From Nitrososphaeria archaeon (GTDB lineage: Archaea > Thermoproteota > Nitrososphaeria > JACIWG01), in assembly GCA_963752255.1 (NCBI GenBank), contig CAVVXT010000004.1:1-36062 (forward strand): 36,062 nt of DNA. The letters are read 5' to 3'. Each line of letters starts with the position of its first letter. Within the stretch, counting starts at the first letter, position 1. Under the pieces are notes generated by a model that made no database searches, was not told the DNA's origin, and saw only the letters and a list, made by a program, of their open reading frames with translations. Of the stretch, positions 10,446-20,305 are shown in pieces. The position numbers were made by a program, and so were the translations under genes.

Positions 10446-12101
10446 TCAACTTTGTAAAATGCAGCCTATACTTGCTGAGCTAACATCTCGGCTATATCTA
10501 AGCAGGAACTTGGATTTCATTTTCTTACCATAATATTTCCAGTTTGCCTTTCTTTCCTCAACTTCTTCCCGATCGACCAACAGATCTAACCTTCTTTTTG
10601 GGACATCAATTTTTATCATATCTCCGTCTTTAACGACAGCGATCGGACCTCCCACCACTGCTTCAGGTGATACGTGTCCAACTGCGGGCCCTCTACTACC
10701 ACCGGAGAATCTACCATCTGTAACAAGAGCTATGTATTTGTCAAGACCCATTCCTACTACAGCGCTGGTTGGGCTCAGCATCTCACGCATTCCTGGACCG
10801 CCTTTTGGCCCTTCATATCTTATGACGAGGACTGACCCCTTCTCTATGTGTCCGTTGATTATCGCATCGAATGCTTTCTCTTCTCCGTCAAAAACCTTTG
10901 AGCTTCCTTCAAATACGAAGTCATTGTCTTTCAAAGCAGCAGTTTTCATTACAGCTCCTTCAGGGGATAGGCTTCCTCTGAGAATGGCTATTCCTCCGGA
11001 AGGATGAACCGGATCATCGATACTGTGTATCACGTTGGAATCTAATATCTGAGCTTTGTTTAATATCTCTCCAACCGTCTTCCCTGACACCGTTGGATTC
11101 TGAAGGTTAAGTTTAGACTTAAGGTTCAGCATAAGTGCAGGAACACCGCCGGCTCTATGTAGGTCTTCGACCATGTATTCTCCTCCTGGATAAATGGGCG
11201 TTAAATGAGGTACAGTTCTGCTTATTATGTCGAAGTCGTCAAGTTTGAGATCACCTTCTGCTTCACTGTTTATTGCAAGAAGATGCAACACCGTGTTAGA
11301 TGACCCCCCAAGAGCCATGTCCACCATTATTGCATTTTCAAAGTTTTTCCTAGTCATGAACTGACGGAAGTTACAGCCTTCCCTAATTAGCTCGACAACG
11401 CGTACACCGGTTTTATAAGCCAGCTCTCTTCTTTGCGAGCTTTCGGCTGGGCAGGTTCCAGAATAAGGCAAAGATAGGCCCATTGCTTCAGATAATATAG
11501 CCATCGTGTTTGCCGTGAACAGACCGCTACATGAACCGGGTCCAGGGCAAGCTGTCCTCTCAATCTCCAATAGATCACAATATTTCATCTTACCCTTCTC
11601 GTATTCTCCTACCGCTTCGAATACGTCTATGAGCCCCACCTTCTTTCCGTGAAACCTTCCAGCTTTCATCGGGCCACCCGTAATGAGTATAGAGGGAAGG
11701 TCTAATCGGGCGGCGGCCATCAACATGCCCGGTGTTATCTTATCGCAATTCGATAACATAACTATGCCATCGAGTGCGTGAGCCTTCATCATTATCTCAA
11801 CAGAATCTGCGATCACTTCTCTGGAGGGAAGCGAATATTTCATGCCTTCATGGCCCATTGTTATTCCATCGTCTACCGCTATCGTGTTGAACTCGAATGG
11901 TACCCCCCCAGCGTCCTTTATCCCTTTTTTCACATACTGAACAAGTTTTCTTAAATGGATGTGTCCGGGAACAATCTCTGAATAACTGTTAGCTATGCCT
12001 ACGAATGGCTTTTCGAAGTCTTCATCTCGAAGTCCAACAGCCCTCAACAGTGAACGATGAGGTGCCCTTTCAGCCCCTTCCTTTACACGTCTGCTTTCCA
12101 T
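10446..12101 (-). CDS. ilvD: Dihydroxy-acid dehydratase
   Basis: [67 protein letters not shown] at 12101 (TTG 12116 possible). Confidence 0.97.
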   Translation of the reverse strand: MESRRVKEGAERAPHRSLLRAVGLRDEDFEKPFVGIANSYSEIVPGHIHLRKLVQYVKKGIKDAGGVPFEFNTIAVDDGITMGHEGMKYSLPSREVIADSVEIMMKAHALDGIVMLSNCDKITPGMLMAAARLDLPSILITGGPMKAGRFHGKKVGLIDVFEAVGEYEKGKMKYCDLLEIERTACPGPGSCSGLFTANTMAILSEAMGLSLPYSGTCPAESSQRRELAYKTGVRVVELIREGCNFRQFMTRKNFENAIMVDMALGGSSNTVLHLLAINSEAEGDLKLDDFDIISRTVPHLTPIYPGGEYMVEDLHRAGGVPALMLNLKSKLNLQNPTVSGKTVGEILNKAQILDSNVIHSIDDPVHPSGGIAILRGSLSPEGAVMKTAALKDNDFVFEGSSKVFDGEEKAFDAIINGHIEKGSVLVIRYEGPKGGPGMREMLSPTSAVVGMGLDKYIALVTDGRFSGGSRGPAVGHVSPEAVVGGPIAVVKDGDMIKIDVPKRRLDLLVDREEVEERKANWKYYGKKMKSKFLLRYSRDVSSASIGCILQS

Positions 12102-12539
12102 AAAAAAATCAATCAACTAATCTTCATATATAAATGTATCCATCATCGAACCTGTATCAACTATTATACTGAAAGCTTCCTCGAATCTTAAAGGAGACGA
12201 TGGACTATAAGACTAATATCTCCATAGGTACAGCTACTCCGACTTTGTTATGTGTTTATCGATAGATTTTCACCTAGATTCAAATTTGCTGATCTAAACA
12301 AGAGAAGGTAAAATGGGTTGATAATCTGATAAAAAACAGAATTCCAGCAAAGGCTGTAGGTAAAGACTTTTGGTAGTTGATGTTAAGAAGACTCCTAACT
12401 TTAATTTAAGTACGATTAAGCCACAATTAAAAATATCGTCTAATCAGGGAACATAAGGTGGAAATCCTAAACTTAGGTATCAGCCACATTTTAATTAAAA
12501 GATTACACAGTCCAAATTAAGTACCTCATCACCGATAAG

Positions 12540-12547
12540 TTTATTAA
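12540..12547 (+). promoter_or_regulatory. Candidate archaeal TATA box for the ilvB-leuA operon
   Basis: TTTATTAA preceded by GATAAG, about 140 nt upstream of ilvB, implying a long 5' leader. Confidence 0.4.
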
Positions 12548-12684
12548 AATCGTCTTAACTAGCCGATGAGGAATGCATATATTGGTTGGTCGAAAGAGGC
12601 GAGTGCTTAAAAATTTAATTGTCCTTTTAAGCCCTCTTATTTAGGTCTCACGATTTTATTTATATTGGAAAGTGATAAAAAAAC

Positions 12685-14373
12685 TTGGTTGAAATCTCTG
12701 GCGCTAAGGCTCTTATCGAGTCCTTGAAGAGAGAGAAAGTCAAGGAAGTCTTTGGAATTCCTGGAGGATCCGTGCTACCTTTATATGACGCCCTCTACAA
12801 ATCGGGTATAAGACATATTCTAGCCCATCACGAGCAATGTGCTGCACATATGGCTGACGGCTACGCTCGAGTAAGCGGCTTCCCAGGCACATGTATAGCC
12901 ACATCTGGGCCCGGTGCCACAAATATCGTGACAGGTATAGCCACAGCATACATGGACTCATCACCGATAATAGCCTTCACGGGGCAAGTTGTCAGGGCGA
13001 TGATAGGAAAGGACGGGTTCCAAGAGGCGGACATCATAGGTATAACGACTCCAATCACTAAATATAATGTTCAAGTAAAAGATGCGTCAGAAATACCTAC
13101 GACAGTTAAAAAAGCCTTCCATATAGCTTCAACAGGTAGACCTGGCCCCGTTCTAGTGGATCTTCCCAAAGATGTGCAGACAGAATCGGCCGAAATGGAC
13201 TTTTCATCCACATTTGAACTCAGAGGCTACAAGCCGAATACAGACCCGCATCCGATACAGGTTAAAAGAGCCGTAGAACTTCTGCTCATGGCTGAACGTC
13301 CAATCATGTTGGCAGGCGGGGGTGTAATAATTTCAAATTCCTCGCAAGAGACACTTAAACTAGCTGAATTATTGCTTATGCCTGTCGCAACGTCTCTAAT
13401 GGGTAAGGGAAGCATTCCAGAAAACCATCCTCTATCCTTAGGAATGGTTGGCATGCACGGAAAAGCCGAGGCTAATAAATTGATAACTGAATCCGACGTT
13501 CTACTGGCGGTAGGTCTACGTTTTTCAGACAGGACAACATGTCGATTGGACCAGTTCTGCCCAGATGCCAAGATAATACACATAGACATCGACTCTGCAG
13601 AGATCGGAAAGAACGCTAAAGTCGACTTGCCTATAGTGGCTGATGCGAAGAAAACCCTGACGCAGATTTATGAGCAGATAGTTCAAAAGACGATCAAGAG
13701 AGAAAAGTCGACCTGGTTTGATAGGGTTCAACAGGTTAAAAATCAACTGCAGAATAAGAATCACAACAACGGAGTCTGTATTAAGCCTTCGGAGATAATA
13801 GCTGAGTTAAGGAGAAATCTGCCGAATAACGCTATTGTGACCACAGAAGTAGGTCAACATCAGATGTGGGCCGCCCTCCATTTCCAAGCTCTTGAACCCA
13901 GAACTTTCATAACTTCCGGAGGACTAGGAACGATGGGTTTCGGCTTTCCTGCGGCACTTGGTGCCAAGGTAGCTAAACCGGATGTACCCGTAGTTGACAT
14001 AGCTGGAGACGGAAGTTTCATAATGACCGAGCAGGATTTAGCAACTTCTAACTTGGAGAAAATACCAATAACCGTAGTCATATTGAACAACTCTATGCTC
14101 GGTATGGTCGCACAGTGGCAAAGGTTCTTCTATGATAGGCGATACTCCGCTTCTGAGTTGAAGAACGTTCCCGACTTCATCAAACTCGCAGAAGCGTATG
14201 GTGCGCAGGGAATTCGCGTGGAATCGTGTGAAGATTTTTCGAGGGCGATCAAGAATGTGCTGAAAAGCGAAGTAACCACGGTTATAGATGTCCCAATTTC
14301 CCCAGAAGAAAACGTGCTTCCAATGGTTCCTGCAGGGATGGGGTTAAAGGATATGATGGTTGATAGTGAATAA
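12685..14373 (+). CDS. ilvB: Acetolactate synthase large subunit
   Basis: FGIPGG, HEQCAAHMADGYAR, TSGPGATN, GRPGPVLVDLPKD, GQHQMW, TPP motif GDGS...NN. Confidence 0.97.
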   Translation: MVEISGAKALIESLKREKVKEVFGIPGGSVLPLYDALYKSGIRHILAHHEQCAAHMADGYARVSGFPGTCIATSGPGATNIVTGIATAYMDSSPIIAFTGQVVRAMIGKDGFQEADIIGITTPITKYNVQVKDASEIPTTVKKAFHIASTGRPGPVLVDLPKDVQTESAEMDFSSTFELRGYKPNTDPHPIQVKRAVELLLMAERPIMLAGGGVIISNSSQETLKLAELLLMPVATSLMGKGSIPENHPLSLGMVGMHGKAEANKLITESDVLLAVGLRFSDRTTCRLDQFCPDAKIIHIDIDSAEIGKNAKVDLPIVADAKKTLTQIYEQIVQKTIKREKSTWFDRVQQVKNQLQNKNHNNGVCIKPSEIIAELRRNLPNNAIVTTEVGQHQMWAALHFQALEPRTFITSGGLGTMGFGFPAALGAKVAKPDVPVVDIAGDGSFIMTEQDLATSNLEKIPITVVILNNSMLGMVAQWQRFFYDRRYSASELKNVPDFIKLAEAYGAQGIRVESCEDFSRAIKNVLKSEVTTVIDVPISPEENVLPMVPAGMGLKDMMVDSE

Positions 14374-14375
14374 AA

Positions 14376-14909
14376 ATGTCGGTTAAACAGACATATGTAA
14401 TAGGTGCTCTTGTCGAGAATAAACCTGGTGTCCTATATGAAGTTTCGAACATGTTCAGAAGGAGAGGCTTTAATATAGAAAGCATATCCGTGGGCGTCAC
14501 AGAGCAGAAGGACCTTTCTAGGATGACGATAACGGTTAACGGGGATGAAAGAACAATCGAACAGGCCATCAAGCAACTGAACAAAATCATCAACGTAGTG
14601 AAGGTTTCGATACTGAATGCAAAAACTACTGTCGTAAGAGAGATGGCGCTTATCAAGGTGCACACGACGGACTCGAAAGCTAGGTCCGACATTATCCAGT
14701 ATGTCGACGTTTTTAGAGGCCATATAATCGACGTCTCATCAGACTCACTTATAGCTGAGATAACAGGTGACCCCGAAAAAATTGACGCATTCATAGAATT
14801 GGTTACACCCTTCGGCATCAAGGAAGTTGCTCGGACAGGTATCACAGCTCTGTCACGAGGAGCAAAAGTTATTAAGAGTAGTCAAGAGTTGGTTAAGGAG
14901 GCTATTTGA
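14376..14909 (+). CDS. ilvN: Acetolactate synthase small (regulatory) subunit
   Basis: [35 protein letters not shown]; ACT domain. Confidence 0.96.
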   Translation: MSVKQTYVIGALVENKPGVLYEVSNMFRRRGFNIESISVGVTEQKDLSRMTITVNGDERTIEQAIKQLNKIINVVKVSILNAKTTVVREMALIKVHTTDSKARSDIIQYVDVFRGHIIDVSSDSLIAEITGDPEKIDAFIELVTPFGIKEVARTGITALSRGAKVIKSSQELVKEAI

Positions 14910-14910
14910 A

Positions 14911-15906
14911 ATGGTAAAGATATATTATGACAAAGATGTTGATGTATCGGTTTTAGATGGAAAAAAAATAGCGGTTATAGGCTATGGCAGCCAAGGAAAC
15001 GCTCAGGCAAACTGCCTAAAGGACTCCGGACTAAATGTAATAATAGGCTTGCGGCCTAAAGGGAAATCTTGGGAGAAAGCTAAGAAAGACGGGTTTGATG
15101 TCTTTGCAATAGATGACGCGGTTAAGAGAAGTGACATCATTCATATTCTCATACCAGACACCGCTCAGCCTTCAGTCTACAAGGAGCTGATTGCGCCATA
15201 TCTAAAACCCGGAAAGGCTTTAGGTTTTTCTCACGGTTTTAACATCCATTTTAAAACCATCGTTCCCCCCCACGACGTAGATGTCATTATGGTAGCTCCA
15301 AAGGGACCCGGACCCTCAGTTCGGGAATTATATCTAAGCAAATTTGGAGTTCCGTCTTTGATAGCCGTACAGCAAGACTACACAGGTAAAGCGAAGCAAA
15401 CAGCTCTGGCAATAGCCAAATCCCTCGGAAGCACAAAAGCAGGTGTCATAGAGACGACGTTTAAGGATGAAACTGAAAGCGACCTTATCGGAGAGCAGAT
15501 AGTCCTCGTCGGAGGGATAATTGAGCTTATAAGAAATGGATTCGAAGTCCTTGTTGAACTCGGATATCCACCGGAGCTGTCTTACTTTGAAGCGTGCAAT
15601 GAGGCTAAACTTATCATCGACCAGATCTATTCAAGCGGCATATCAGGCATGCTTATGGCCGTCTCAGACACTGCCAAGTATGGTGGGATGACCGTGGGGC
15701 CCAAGGTGATAGATGCTCATGTAAGAAGGAATATGGAGAAGGCTGCAAAAAGGGTTCAAAATGGCGAATTTGCCAAAGAATGGTTGAAAGAAGATGCAGA
15801 AGGAAGGAAAGTCTTTAATTCTTTACTAAAACAGTGGCAGGAACATCAGCTAGAGAAAGTTGGCGCTTCAATGCGGTCGATGTCAGGAGTTGGAAAAAAG
15901 AAGTAA
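14911..15906 (+). CDS. ilvC: Ketol-acid reductoisomerase
   Basis: [45 protein letters not shown]. True start is ATG 14911, one base after the ilvN stop. Confidence 0.97.
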   Translation: MVKIYYDKDVDVSVLDGKKIAVIGYGSQGNAQANCLKDSGLNVIIGLRPKGKSWEKAKKDGFDVFAIDDAVKRSDIIHILIPDTAQPSVYKELIAPYLKPGKALGFSHGFNIHFKTIVPPHDVDVIMVAPKGPGPSVRELYLSKFGVPSLIAVQQDYTGKAKQTALAIAKSLGSTKAGVIETTFKDETESDLIGEQIVLVGGIIELIRNGFEVLVELGYPPELSYFEACNEAKLIIDQIYSSGISGMLMAVSDTAKYGGMTVGPKVIDAHVRRNMEKAAKRVQNGEFAKEWLKEDAEGRKVFNSLLKQWQEHQLEKVGASMRSMSGVGKKK

Positions 15907-15940
15907 TTTTTTTCTTTTACCCTAGTTTGGTGGCATAACA

Positions 15941-17198
15941 ATGAATATAATCGAGAAGATAATGGCTAAAGCTTCTGGCAGAAAGTGTGTTAACGCGGGT
16001 GACATAATAGAGGCTGAAATCGATAAAGCCATGATGAATGACATAACAGCTCCTTTAGCCGTCGAAGCTTTCAAAGAGATGGGAGGAAAAGAGGTCTGGA
16101 AAAAGGACCGCGTAATAATCGTTTTAGATCATCTCGTTCCAGCCAACTCTGAACAGTCTGCCAACTTGCATAGGATTCTCAGAACCTTCGCCAATGATCA
16201 GGGTATAAAAAATTTTTATGATGTGGGAAGAGGAGGAGTATGCCATCAGATAATGATGGAGAATCACGCCAAACCTGGGGAAATGATTGTCGGTGCTGAT
16301 TCCCATACCTGCACCTATGGTGCGGTTGGCGCTTTCGCTACAGGAATAGGCTCCACGGAGATCGCTTCTGTGCTTATTGACGGGTAAACTATGGTTTAAG
16401 GTTCCAAAGGCTGTTAAAATCATTGTCAACGGAGAACTTAAGCCTCCGGTCGCACCGAAAGATCTTATTCTCTATACAATCGGACAGTTTAAAGCAGATG
16501 GCGCAACTTACATGGGGATAAACTTCTCAGGAGATGCCATACATAAAATGAGCGTTGACGGAAGGATGACTATATGCAACATGGTCGTCGAGATGGGTGC
16601 GAAAAATGGCATAGTCGAGCCTGACGATAGAACCGCTGAGTTTCTAAAAGCTAGGAAGCTAACACCCTTCAGTTTTGTAAAAGAAGATCCTGATGCACAA
16701 TATGATAGGGTCATAGAATATGAAGCTCCTGAACTTGAATCTATGGTCGCCCTTCCTCCATCAGTCGATAACGTCAAGCCAGTTTCCGAAGTCGGAAATG
16801 TGGAAATAGATCAGGCTGTAATCGGATCTTGCACAAATGGACGTCTAGAGGATCTGCGTATAGCCGCAAAAATCCTACGTGGAAGGAAAGTGAAGAAAGG
16901 TGTAAGAGCTTTGGTTATTCCTGCTTCACAGGAGGTTTATATGGACGCAATGAGAGAGAAACTACTAGAAACCTTCATTGATTCCGGTGTTCTCGTATGT
17001 AACCCCAACTGTGGACCATGCTATGGTGGACATCTAGGTTTACTGGCAGCTGGTGAATCCTGCGTAAGCAGCACAAATAGAAATTTCATAGGTCGAATGG
17101 GCAGCCCAAAAGCTATGGTCTACCTCGCTTCACCTGCAACTGTCGCCGCATCGGCAGTCACTGGAAAAATAACTGACCCAAGAGTTTTCGAGGCTTAA
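15941..17198 (+). CDS. leuC: 3-isopropylmalate dehydratase large subunit, split by a one-base frameshift near 16377
   Basis: ORF 15941-16387 (LDHLVP, GVCHQ, GADSHTCTYGA) plus ORF 16377-17198 (IGSCTNGR, CGPCYGGH, STNRNFIGRMG) join into one aconitase-family subunit of about 418 aa. Confidence 0.93.
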
Positions 17199-17204
17199 TT
17201 AAAT

Positions 17205-17702
17205 ATGACCATTATCGAGGGTAAAGTGTTGAAGTATGGGGACGGAGTTAACACCGACGTTATCATTCCAGGGAAATATCTAATTTACACCGATCACAAA
17301 GAATTAGCTAAGCATGCAATGGAAGGCATCGATCCTGATTTTTCCAAAAAAATAAGCGAAAGAAAGATAATTGTAGCTGGAACAAACTTTGGCTGTGGCT
17401 CCAGCAGGGAACAGGCGCCTATAGCGCTCAAGTATGCTGGTGTCCAGTGTGTCCTGGCAGACTCCTTCGCAAGAATATTCTACAGAAACGCGATCAACAT
17501 CGGACTGCCTATCCTAGAGTGCGACAACGTAAGTAGTAAAGTTGACGATGCTGACGAACTCAGAATCGACTTTAGAAAGGGTTCAGTCGAAGATGTCAGT
17601 AAAGGGATCAGGTTAGATACACATCCTGTTCCTGGTTTCCTTTTGGAAATAATGGAGAAAGGTCTAGTCAAATATATAAAAGAGAAGAGGGATAAAATAT
17701 GA
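17205..17702 (+). CDS. leuD: 3-isopropylmalate dehydratase small subunit
   Basis: NTDVIIPG, NFGCGSSREQA, SFARIFYRNAINIGLP. Confidence 0.95.
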   Translation: MTIIEGKVLKYGDGVNTDVIIPGKYLIYTDHKELAKHAMEGIDPDFSKKISERKIIVAGTNFGCGSSREQAPIALKYAGVQCVLADSFARIFYRNAINIGLPILECDNVSSKVDDADELRIDFRKGSVEDVSKGIRLDTHPVPGFLLEIMEKGLVKYIKEKRDKI

Positions 17703-18727
17703 AATCTTATACAATTTCCCTGATACCGGGTGATGGTATTGGGCCTGATCAAACAGATGCCACACTTAAGGTCTTGGAAGCTGTCCAGAAGAAGAATGGA
17801 ATCGTATTAAACATAGTCAAGACTGAAGCTGGGGACGAATGTTACAAGAAGAAGGGTGCTGCTCTCCCTCAAGACAGCTTAGAAACCATCAAATCTTCAG
17901 ATGCCTGTTTGAAGGGACCTGTTGGTGAAACCGCAGCAGACGTCATCGTCAAGTTAAGGCTGATCTTCGACCTATACGCGAACATCAGACCGATTAAGGC
18001 CTACCCCAACGTGCCAACTATGGCTCCTGGATTAGACTTTGTCATCGTCAGGGAGAACACGGAGGACGTCTATAGAGGAATAGAGTTCGACTTGGACAAA
18101 GATTCAGCTGTCTGCATGAGAATTATTACTAGACGCGGAAGCGAGAGAATCGCACGATACGCCTTTGAAACCGCGTCAAAACGTAAGAAGAAATTCAAGG
18201 TTACGGCAGTTAACAAGGCAAACGTTATGAAGAAGACGTGCGGCCTTTTTCTCCAGGCTTGCCGAGACGTAGCAAAATCGTATAAAGGAATAACCTTGGA
18301 GGAAATGTATGTGGACAACGCCGCTATGCAGCTGATTAAGAGCCCTTATGAGTTTGACGTATTGGTTACTACAAACATGTTCGGCGACATACTTTCAGAT
18401 GAGGCGTCCATCCTTGTCGGAGGCCTTGGGATGGCTCCTGGAGCGAACATTGGCGACAGCTTCGCCCTATTTGAGCCTGTACACGGGTCTGCGCCAAATA
18501 TTGCCGGTAAACAGGTTGCGAATCCTTGTTCAATGATCCTAGCATCTAAAATGATGCTTGAGTGGCTTGGACAGAAATACTCGGACACTAGATGTGTGAA
18601 GGCTGCAGAGAGTATAGACAACGCTGTAGCTAAAACATTGGAGATGGGTTTTTTAACCCAAGACCTTGGTGGAAACGTCAAAACAGGAGATTTCGGAGAA
18701 GCTGTAGCTAAGCAAATATTAGGTTGA
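17699..18727 (+). CDS. leuB: 3-isopropylmalate dehydrogenase (archaeal isocitrate/isopropylmalate family)
   Basis: IPGDGIGP, VRENTED, KANV, NMFGDILSD, FEPVHGSAP; operon context. Confidence 0.9.
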   Translation: MKSYTISLIPGDGIGPDQTDATLKVLEAVQKKNGIVLNIVKTEAGDECYKKKGAALPQDSLETIKSSDACLKGPVGETAADVIVKLRLIFDLYANIRPIKAYPNVPTMAPGLDFVIVRENTEDVYRGIEFDLDKDSAVCMRIITRRGSERIARYAFETASKRKKKFKVTAVNKANVMKKTCGLFLQACRDVAKSYKGITLEEMYVDNAAMQLIKSPYEFDVLVTTNMFGDILSDEASILVGGLGMAPGANIGDSFALFEPVHGSAPNIAGKQVANPCSMILASKMMLEWLGQKYSDTRCVKAAESIDNAVAKTLEMGFLTQDLGGNVKTGDFGEAVAKQILG

Positions 18728-18736
18728 GTTGATGAT

Positions 18737-20257
18737 TTGCCTAAAAAGTCAGTAGATAAAATAAGAATATTTGACACAACTTTAAGAGACGGCGATCAGA
18801 CACCTGGCGTTTTTTTGACTTCCGAAGATAAGGTTACTATCGCTAGGCAGCTTGATAGATTAGGTGTAGATGCGATTGAGGCAGGTACACCTGTGTCATC
18901 TAAAGGAGAATTCGAAGCCGTACGGCTCATTGCCAAGGAGGGATTGAATGCGGAGATCTTTGGATTGGCAAGGGTTTTAAAAGGGGATGTGGACGCTGTT
19001 GTAAGCAGCGGTCTAAAGTACGTCCATCTTTTTTTAGCGACTTCTGATATACATCTCAAACATAAACTGATGATGACGAGAGAGCAAGCTATCCAAAAGT
19101 CACTGGAGGTCATAGATTACGCTAAGTCGCATGGGATATCGGTTGAGTTTTCAGCTGAAGACGCAACGAGAACAGAGATAGGTTTCCTAAAGGAATTTTA
19201 TAAGGCGGTGGTGGAGGCGGGTGTAATTCGAATCAACATCGCAGATACCGTGGGAATAATGACCCCTAACAGGATGTTCCAACTTGTAAAAGAAGTACGA
19301 GCTTCCGTTGACAAACCAATCAGCGTTCATTGCCATAACGATTTTGGTATGGCGGTTGCAAACTCGCTTGCAGGGGTAGAGGCTGGAGCGGAGCAGATTC
19401 ATGTCACAATTAACGGTTTAGGTGAAAGAGCTGGTAACGCTGCGCTGGAGGAAACGGTGACCGCGCTTAATTTGCTGTATAATAAAAAGACGAATATCAA
19501 AAATGAGTTGATCTATCAGACTTCTCAGCTTGTTTCAAAGCTAACGAGGATACCTGTCCAACCGAATAAGGCTGTGGTCGGAGAGAACGCGTTTACGCAC
19601 GAGGCTGGAATCCATACTCACGGCCTCGTGTCCATGCCTTTGACCTATGAGCCCATACCACCAGAATTTGTTGGGCGTTCTAGGAAGATAGTCCCTGGAA
19701 AGCATTCAGGAAGACATGGGATAAAGGCTCAGTTGGAAGGTTGGGGTTTGCGTCCTACGGACGAGCAGGTGAAGGAAATAACGGAAGAAGTGAAGGCGAT
19801 GGGCGAAAAAGGTAAAGTAGTTACAGACTCGGATCTCGCTGATATCGCTAGGTCTGTTATGGGAGAAGCCTTTGTTGAAGAGAAAAAGATTATCGAATTA
19901 AAGGAACTCGCTGTCATGACCGGAACTAGGATGACGTCTACGGCATCCGTTAGAGTCAAACTAAATGATAAGGAATACACTTCAGCTGAAACCGGTGTAG
20001 GTCCAGTTGACGCCGCAATGCGGGCGCTTCAGAAAATAACTAGAGACCTTAATGTCAGCCTAAAGGAGTACAGACTTGAAGCACTCACGGGCGGTTCGGA
20101 TGCGGTGGCTGAAGTCATTATAAAAGTTGAAGATAAGGACGGCAATACAGTTTCTGCTAGAGCAGCTAAAGAAGACATTGTCAAAGCAAGTGTTGAGGCG
20201 ATGATAACTGGAATAAATAGGCTTCTACTCAGAAAGGGAATTTCGACTAAGGATTAG
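18737..20257 (+). CDS. leuA: 2-isopropylmalate synthase (archaeal LeuA/CimA clade)
   Basis: FDTTLRDGDQTPG, FSAEDATR, HCHNDFG, GERAGNA, HEAGIH, GVGPVDAA; last gene of the leu operon, with a separate CimA present. Confidence 0.85.
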   Translation: MPKKSVDKIRIFDTTLRDGDQTPGVFLTSEDKVTIARQLDRLGVDAIEAGTPVSSKGEFEAVRLIAKEGLNAEIFGLARVLKGDVDAVVSSGLKYVHLFLATSDIHLKHKLMMTREQAIQKSLEVIDYAKSHGISVEFSAEDATRTEIGFLKEFYKAVVEAGVIRINIADTVGIMTPNRMFQLVKEVRASVDKPISVHCHNDFGMAVANSLAGVEAGAEQIHVTINGLGERAGNAALEETVTALNLLYNKKTNIKNELIYQTSQLVSKLTRIPVQPNKAVVGENAFTHEAGIHTHGLVSMPLTYEPIPPEFVGRSRKIVPGKHSGRHGIKAQLEGWGLRPTDEQVKEITEEVKAMGEKGKVVTDSDLADIARSVMGEAFVEEKKIIELKELAVMTGTRMTSTASVRVKLNDKEYTSAETGVGPVDAAMRALQKITRDLNVSLKEYRLEALTGGSDAVAEVIIKVEDKDGNTVSARAAKEDIVKASVEAMITGINRLLLRKGISTKD

Positions 20258-20305
20258 AAAGTTACCTCGAAATTGGAACTGTTATCAAATTACAACATTT
20301 GCTTT

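Noticed and set aside
12559-12650. Hammerhead ribozyme (CCGATGAG...CGAAA)
   Set aside because: The core is CCGAUGA rather than CUGAUGA, stem II is poor and stem I cannot form next to the putative cleavage site.
8848-19980. Numerous short antisense or nested ORFs within the ilv/leu genes
   Set aside because: They are shadow frames of well-supported genes.
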